DNA from: Octopus vulgaris | Taxonomy: Eukaryota | Assembly (NCBI GenBank): GCA_951406725.2 | Contig: OX597818.1 | Coordinates: forward strand, 66,340,001-66,404,000 | Direction of reading: 5' to 3' | Length of the DNA stretch: 64,000 nt | In this document: one piece after another, positions 56,247-64,000 of the stretch | Position numbering within the stretch: the stretch's first letter is position 1 | Layout: every line of letters begins with the position of its first letter | Made by a program: the position numbers and the translations under genes | The notes under the pieces: model-generated | The model's database searches: none | What the model saw: the letters and a program-made list of their open reading frames with translations, nothing else | Told to the model about the DNA's origin: nothing

Positions 56247-56432
56247 ACAGTTCTATATTTAAGAGATGAGGAATTATCTACATTATTTACATTATTAACC
56301 ATTGACGGGTCTCATCGTCCCCATCTTCTTTCTTCTTAACACAACGTTTCACCTGATATACACTCGACGTGTCTTGGGAAAGTTTCGAATCTGGATTCTA
56401 ATTCTTAAGGTATTTTTGGATGTTATTATCAT
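56247..56432 (-). mobile_element. SINE family D 3' half (hammerhead core deleted)
   Basis: Minus strand: ttaagaattagaatccagattcgaaactttcccaagacac...tatatcaggtGAAACGTTgtgttaa...gatggggacgatgagacccgtcaa...aatgtaaataatgtagataattcctcatctcttaaatatagaactgta. Confidence 0.78.
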
Positions 56433-56611
56433 TCTTCTTCTTCTTCTTCTTCTTCTTCTTCTTCTTCTTCTTCTTCTTCTTCTTCTTCTTCTTCTTCTTC
56501 TTCTTCTTCTTCTTCTTCTTCTTCTTCTTCTTCTTCTTCTTCTTCTTCTTCTTCTTCTTCTTCTTCTTCTTCTTCTTCTTCTTCTTCTTCTTCTTCTTCT
56601 TCTTCTTCTTC
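56432..56611. repeat. pure (TTC)n microsatellite, ~60 units
   Basis: Directly visible. Confidence 0.97.
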
Positions 56612-56700
56612 ACCTAATGAAGTCTGGAGGGTATATCTGCGGAAACATTGTGTTAACAAAAAACAAATCCGTCAAATGTAAATAATATAAATAATTTATT
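56611..56700 (+). mobile_element. SINE family D 3' fragment starting at the hammerhead relic
   Basis: cacCTAATGAagtctggagggtatatctgcgGAAACattgtgttaacaaaaaacaaatccgtcaaatgtaaataat. Confidence 0.78.
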
Positions 56701-59700
56701 CAGACCTTATCTCAGAACAGGGGACTCAGATATTCTACAACAGCCTGGATGGTTAATAAATCATGGAGGGCGCTCTGAGTCTAGCGCTTTCTCAAAATAT
56801 AATTCTCTTCTTTTGTCGAAGCACCATTCGCTGAAGCATTTCGTCCATTCACACACGAGTGCATTTATTCCTGCGTAAATAGGTACGTGAATGTTCATAC
56901 ATGTGTACCTGTAGCCCCTTTGACAAAATAGGCCACACGACAATAAATGTTCCTTCTTCCAAACGAAGAGAATTATATTTTGAGGGACTCTACACACAGA
57001 GCGCCGTCCAAAATTTAATTTAGAATTGCTATGAAAGTTGCAACAAGTAGAAACTTTCTAGCAATTAAGAACTGAAAAACAAAACAAATGTAATTCTAGA
57101 AATATCAGAAAATTTGTTTCAATCCAAGTACACGTACTTTAATCGCTAAAGAAATTGGTCTGCAGTTATAGTCGTTCTACAGATTCTTATTAATTCTCTG
57201 ATGTGTGGAATAGATTTTCCATGATATGTCAAATGGCGTTTTCAAATTTTTAGAAATGAATAAATACATTTTGTAAGATAATTTAAAGCCACAGCCAAGT
57301 TTCGTAAATTTTCTTTTAGAAACTTGTCATACGCTGTTTCTGGAATATATGTTTGGTATTTTGTTCTATCGTTCTTAATATTCCAATTGTAACTTATAAT
57401 CACACAATGCACTAAGGGTTATTCTAAACGATTTGTTTGGTAGCTTATATTCTTTAATTCTTTGAATGACAAGAAAATATTGAAGTTATTCACGAACAAA
57501 ATAAACATTTGATCCAATTCTTCAACAGGGCGTTAATATGACTACATGGGGTCGCTTCGATTTAATAATAAATTATCTGCGTTATTCATAACAAAATGGC
57601 ATGATAAGCATTGAATGATGTCGGCTAAAAAAATATCGAAAACAAAGGAAAATATCAGAGGGTGACTTAACATCATTCTTCTGTTTTAATCTAGACATGA
57701 ATATTTTTCTCAGCTTCCTGTAGATTTTTAACAATGGCCTAGTGGCAAAACGTGCAAGTTCGTCTCTGCAGTTATTGCGAGGAGAAAATAATATTTCAAC
57801 AGCGTTCTTTTGTTGAATTCCTGAATTTCGTGATGAAAATCAGGTAAAATTTTCTTCCACTAAATTATGTTAAAAATAAGGAATCAAGTTCTTCATAATT
57901 ATGAATATTGTTGAAAATGTTATTGTTATTGTTTACTAGTAATATTGTTTATGACTGATATTTCGTACCGAGGTTTTTTCTGGAATTTATTTCACTCATC
58001 ATTGTTCTTTAGTAATTTCTTTCTTTTAGTTTTTTCATTTGTTTCTGCTGTACGCGAAGTCTGTAGTTACTTTGGCTATTTTAGTTATAATACGATCAGA
58101 TGACCCTTCTTTGATGGTGCATTACTAAAATACATTGCCGGTCCTGTACCATATTAGATTTTTTTTCCGTATGTCTACACACAATTTAGAACAATAGTTT
58201 TGATGCTTCCACAATACCAAAATTCGTAAATATATTATTAAATTAAAAGAAACGCAATAGGAAGTAAGATTAGCTTTCAACTTTAAGGATTTTTTTTTCG
58301 AACTTTTAATGTAGCAGAGATACGTAATATTATTAACAGTTCTGTAAGTTTGTGTTGGAAGGATCACATGTAGAGCGAAAATGAATTGAAGCCAAACCTA
58401 GAACTGGTTCTTTAAATTTTAATAAACTAGCAAAATATGTTACGACATGTAGAGCTTTATTCGATTGTAAAAATGTTTCAAATGTAAACACTTCCTCAAT
58501 GCGTATTTAATGAAAACGCATGTGTAGTTAATTGTTCTATCCAATTTACTAACATTTATTGGTATGTTTAAAAGGGAGTCATAGAGTATATAATAATAAA
58601 AAATACCACATTAACATATATATGCCATTCTATGGCACTGAGTTTCCATCTAATCGAGACCCGTTGATTCAAACCATTTTCCTAATCATCGTCGTCCGAT
58701 ATTGGCCACATATTGCTATAGTATCTAAAATAGCATGTCACGTATATTTAAAGTCATTTTTAGATGCGATAAACGTTTGCATTGTATCTCCATTCGGACA
58801 GCCTCCAGAGATTATTTGGCTAATTTTCAGTAGAATTTATATTTTAAAGATATAATATTATTCTGTATCGATGCGAACACATTTTTACAAAATGTGGATG
58901 TTCATACACGATAATGTTGCAAAATTGTACTGAGGACATATTTTATTGTGAAGTGAATAAATACAAAATATCAGCATGGTTATTAAAGTGGGAATATTAA
59001 GGATGCTGTGTTCGACTGTATTTCATGGCACTTAATACTCGATTACAGAAAGAAACTCGACTTTTGTAATGAAACAAACATATAAACATTGATTTATTTC
59101 CATCTGAACACTTGAATGTTATGCGAGTTTCATATGGCAAGCAACATTTCACTCTGACATATAAAAATTATTGCAGAGTTTTTAAAGTTAATGTCTTATT
59201 TTTGATATATAATGTAGAAATAACTTTGATAATAAATAAAAATCGCAACATAATTTAAAAGTATGATTGAAAATTAGAAAGGCATAAGAAATTCAATATA
59301 AAATATTAAAGGAGGCAAATCTACGAAACAATTGAGAAATAATCTTTTATGTATATCTTCCAACATAGAAAAAATACATCAGTGAAGAAATGAGTCTTAA
59401 TAGATGTCAACAAAGATAGAGAATGGAAGTTAAAAGTTGAATAAAGAATTTTCAAAAAGTGTTTTTTAAGAAAATGTCAATGATTTTGCAACGGAAAATG
59501 GAAATGGCAGCCAAGTGGAGTAAAAGAGAACAATATATCAGATAAGGAGCAGTTATTGCCGTTTCATTTCTTTTGGAATTTCTAAGATGCAATTTTCTTT
59601 TGTAAAGACAGATGACATTTAAGATGCAGATGAGCAATAGAAGAGTGAGAATAAAAGCAGCAAATAAATAATTAAAATGTGATATTGAAAAACTTGTTGA

Positions 59701-61309
59701 GTGAATAATGGCGCATTTTAAAGAAATTGTAAAAGTAAATCTCCGAAATACATGTTAGGAGGGAAGCAGATGCCGTTTATTCACAAATTATAATCCTATT
59801 CGAAAAACATATTATAAAACGTTAAATCCAATGCACAAATGATATTCGATTAATAGGCTATAGATTAGATCTGACAGAGAGAAACACAATTAAGGAAAAA
59901 AATAGACGATAAAAAATGCACAAATGTATTGCCAGAATGAAGAAGCTGATAAATGTGATTACACTTATCATTTTAATATTTTTAGCCTTTCATTTCTGTT
60001 TCATTTTGAATAAATGTACAGTGACAACTGAAAGTATTGCTCAATCATTCAGTCAGTAAAATGGCGCGTACCTAAACATCTGAAAAGTAGGAAATGCCTG
60101 ATGTTGCTAGATACTGTTTATGTATTACTAGAAAGGAACAGCTAATTAATATAATTAATCTATTATTAATTTACCAAGTGTACTATCATCAATTAAATAA
60201 AAATGAAACACAACAGTATTTTAATTGTTGCATTTCAATGGTGTATTGAAATGCATTTTATCTTTATTGACCCGTATATCAATGCTACCCAACTGGAAAG
60301 TGACAGAGATCGAATTCCAACAAAAAGCTGCTACAAAAATATCTTAAAGATTACATTATGTAGCTATCATTTCATTATATCTCCATTAAACCAGGCGTAT
60401 CATTGAATATTGTACATTATTTTATTACGTAAAACGAAATTCGGGATCCATTGCATTCCCCTATTTTATTTTTCATCCATTCTATTAATGCAGAGTAGGA
60501 TTCTGTGTGAGTGTGTAACTCTCAGCGTAGGACAGCGTACAACGTCACGTTTAAACATTCTTATGAGAGATAATACGAATATGGGAGAGAATACGAATAT
60601 GTTGAAATCATTATCAAATTACCCAACACGGTTTTTACTACTAAGAATAGAATATGGTGTAGGCAGAAATGTATTTTATGGTATCGCTAAGATGATATTG
60701 AGACTTGGAATTTCAAATTCAATAGAAGTGTGGCGTCATCTGTGACACAGATGAATTTATAAATAATCGTTAGAAGCAGAGTGACACTGAATTAATTTCC
60801 ATTCATATAAAACTTATTCTATGCAGATATCTTCATATTTGACTGATATAGCAATCCATTATTTCAGTGAAATCCACCAGGATTTCCACAACAAAGGGCT
60901 ATATGACGTATGGGTTTTAACATTAAGATATTTGGGTGTCCTTATCGAGTGCTGCATAATGACAACACTAGGGTTTAAAACTTGCACACCAATTACATAA
61001 AGGAAGTTTCTAACGCAGGAGACACAAAAATACTTAACACCGTCAGTTCATTCTTTTTTATTAGGATTGCAAAAATAACATTGGCGCTGAAAAGCTATAA
61101 ACAGTAAAATAGTTTACACCCCTTACTAAACTTCCTCCCAAAAGATACATGGCACATTCTTTTAATATCTTTAAATGCTTCTTAATTTTTACAGGAAGAA
61201 TTGAAAAAGTGTGAAGCGGCGAATTTCAAGAACCGTTTTGAGAAATCACTATATACTCTGCTTCCCGTAATATACTCTGTTTCCAGGGATATAGTGACTA
61301 CCTTACATA

Positions 61310-61527
61310 ATATTGGTTCCCAATCGGCGCAACGCCAGCACATTCGAGGGAGTGTGTAACTTGATATATCAACCCCATTACCAAGCTAGTATTTATTTTA
61401 TCAAACATGAAATGACGAAAGGCAAAGTTGAACTCGGCGCAATTTAAACTCAAATCGGGAAGATGGACGAAATACCGGATATGATTTTGCCGAGCGTGTC
61501 CTACCATTCTGCCAGTGCACCGCCTTT
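61310..61527 (-). mobile_element. SINE family B, degraded
   Basis: gaaaggcaaagttgaactcggcgcaatttaaactc...gacgaaatacc...attctgccagtgcaccgcctt. Confidence 0.78.
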
Positions 61528-62014
61528 ACTGAAATTTGTAATATTACCGGGGGTAATATACAGATCAAATATGGAAAAGGTTCAAATTAGCACAATACTC
61601 AGTTTATTGTGGGTTTACTACATATTTTTCAACTATTTGCTTCTACTACTGTCGGGGCCTGGGTGAAATTCTATGTATGTGTGTGCATGTGTGTGTAGGG
61701 GTTTAATAAAGAAATGTGTGTGTAGGGGTTTGTTTGCGGGTGTGAGTGTGTTTGTGTGAGGGATTGTGTTCATGATTTCACGTTGTGAGTCGTATGTCAC
61801 ATTCTGAGTCGTATGGACGCTGCGCGTTCCATTTATGCTCTTTAATGGCGAGGAAGAAAGTGAACAAAAAGTACATCAATAAATGTTCATTTAACGTCCC
61901 AAGCTAGAATGAATGAATTTTATCGAACATATACCTGAGGATTTGTGTTTCCATGAGAAGATGTGGTGTCATTCAACGTTTATTCTATTAATTCTTATCC
62001 TGTAAATGATTCAT

Positions 62015-62390
62015 TCATTTGAGTATGACCATGCTAGAGCAACGCTATGAATTGTTTAGTCGAAAAGGCTACACTGGTACATAATATTACGTCTGGCATT
62101 TCTTCTTACGGAACTTTTTTGCCAAAACACTAGGTTAACGTGGTGTAAAAATATCAACGTTGGTGGTGAGATGGAAGCAGACACACAGACAATCCATCCC
62201 GCGCGCGAACACACTCACGGAGCTTCTTACAAGTTCCATCCGTCAGATAAACTCACATGCATTTTTTCGTTGGAGTGTATACTGGAAGACACCTGTCCCA
62301 AGTGTCACAAAGTCGAACTGTAAATGTAGATATGTGGCTAGGAAGCAAGCTTTTAGCCAACGACACCTACGACTATATTCTTTTATGCAT
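62015..62390 (-). mobile_element. SINE family A, degraded
   Basis: gaccatgctagagcaacgc...tttagtcgaa...ttttgccaaaacactagg...gaagacacctgtcccaagtgtcac...atgtggctaggaagcaagctt. Confidence 0.72.
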
Positions 62391-62479
62391 ATAATTACAC
62401 TCATACACGAACATACTTGTATATATACCCATCCACTGTGTTTAGCCACTTGTGGGTAGTAAAGAAATATATATATATA

Positions 62480-62851
62480 TCTTTATATATAAAAGAGAGG
62501 TTGTGTGCTGTCTGTCTCCTATGATTTAGATTCCTAACTACTCCTACATTTTGCGGTGCAGTTTAACCAAAACCGGGTACCTTATAGTCGTGATGCATAT
62601 CGAGTCCCTTTTGGGTATTAGCGCGCGTCTACGATGAGTCTACGATGAGTCTACGATTTAAAAAAATTACCATCAATTTTTCCCATTTTAATGCTTATTT
62701 GGCATATATAAGGGAAGTTACTCTCTAAAAATTTATTATCAAATCTCAGAACGTAAAAAGCTACAGTAACACCCCCTCCCCTTTACATCTCTAAAAATGC
62801 TTATATAGTTATTTCCTTTACAAACCCGAGCAACGCCGGGCGATACTGCTA

Positions 62852-62852
<1 letters not shown>
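62480..62852 (+). mobile_element. non-autonomous Helitron
   Basis: A|TCtttatatataaaag ... cccgagcaacgccggg hairpin ... gatactgCTAG|T, inside (TA)n. Confidence 0.9.
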
Positions 62853-62909
<57 letters not shown>

Positions 62910-64000
62910 GTGCGCGCGCGCGCGCGTGTGTGAGTGTGTGTGTGTAGGTATGTGTGCGTGTGTGTGTGTGTTTATGATGCAGATGAAGATGCATGTAGGC
63001 AATTTTACAATTAATGAAACTTATACAGAATGAGAAAGAACTAAATACTCGATGCACCCAACGTGTCAGGCGTTTGCAGTGTTTCGCTTATACTGGCTGT
63101 TGCTCTTTTCATAGTGTCTGTATAATATTGTAGGTATATCGAAGAAACTCTGTAATCGGAAACATAGTTGTAGACATTCGAAGTATATAAATAAATGTTT
63201 GCCTTTATACTGGTTTCCCATGTCATTTCTTACACACGCACACACACGCACGCACACACCAAAAAACACACACACACACACGTACACTTGAAGCACATAC
63301 ATACGCATACACGTACACGTGTGCCTTCGTGCGCACGCACACGCTCTCACATGCCGGGAAGCAGTCACAGGCAAACTTTTCACCCTCAAAATCGCGATCT
63401 ATGATCGGTGATTGAAATACTTTGTTACAGAAATGATTAACTAAAAGTTTGCCGGAATCCCCACTAGCTGTACATCGCAGTATGAAAAGTGATACCACCG
63501 AGGTACTCTCTGCTCAACCCTAAGAAGACAACCTAGAGTAATTTTGGCAGGAAAATATCTGTCATGTACATGCATGCATACGTAAGTACAAAATACATAC
63601 ATGGATTCTTATACACCTACATACACGCATGCATGTATGCATACATACATGTATACTTACATACATACATATATATATACATACATACATGCGTACGTAC
63701 CTAGACACTTAGTTACCTAAACATGTATAGAGCAGAACGCTCTCACTGTCTTCGCGTTACGTGCGTTTAAATGGTCCGGTAGGGCGATATTATTGAACAA
63801 TATGGCAAGTATAGTAATTTCGCAGTTTAAATATGAGCACATTATTTATTGTGGTAAAAACCTCCCATCGTTCCCTTCTCTCCACATTGCAGCTTCCGTA
63901 TCAGGGCGCACATTCTTTAGTTGTAACTTATGTAGACGTATTAATTTACTACCTCGACTTCATTGCTTCCACATTCGTTTCCGCCATGTGGTACAGTTTT

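Noticed and set aside
57700-57850. Possible small exon (ctctgcag...cag|gtaaaa)
   Set aside because: Only a 74-nt open frame with no recognisable protein similarity; expected by chance in AT-rich DNA.

Overview
This is eukaryotic, AT-rich, repeat-dense DNA (intronic or intergenic). The mix of tRNA-headed SINEs with central (TA)n/(CA)n tracts, very abundant microsatellites and LINE relics is characteristic of an octopus (coleoid cephalopod) genome; that assignment is my inference from recalled repeat families, not a search result. I found no supportable host protein-coding exon, true tRNA/rRNA gene or CRISPR array, and almost all ORF-track entries are microsatellite artefacts or dead transposon frames. 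Identified mobile DNA: RTE, CR1-like and R4/Dong non-LTR relics, Tc1 (DD36E spacing) and maT (DD37D) relics, three non-autonomous Helitrons, two MITEs and four SINE families. The most notable signal is a set of Penelope-type hammerhead ribozyme (HHR) motifs from several unrelated small repeats. These are a 126-bp near-perfect palindrome encoding an HHR on each strand (42824-42949), a tRNA-headed SINE carrying an HHR that twice occurs in divergent pairs, and an HHR variant with a U3:A8 core. Also present are a ~2.5-kb inverted duplication, a CR1/RTE chimeric LINE junction and several nested insertions into (TA)n tracts. Coordinates were counted by eye and may be off by a few bases; boundaries of degraded repeats are approximate.
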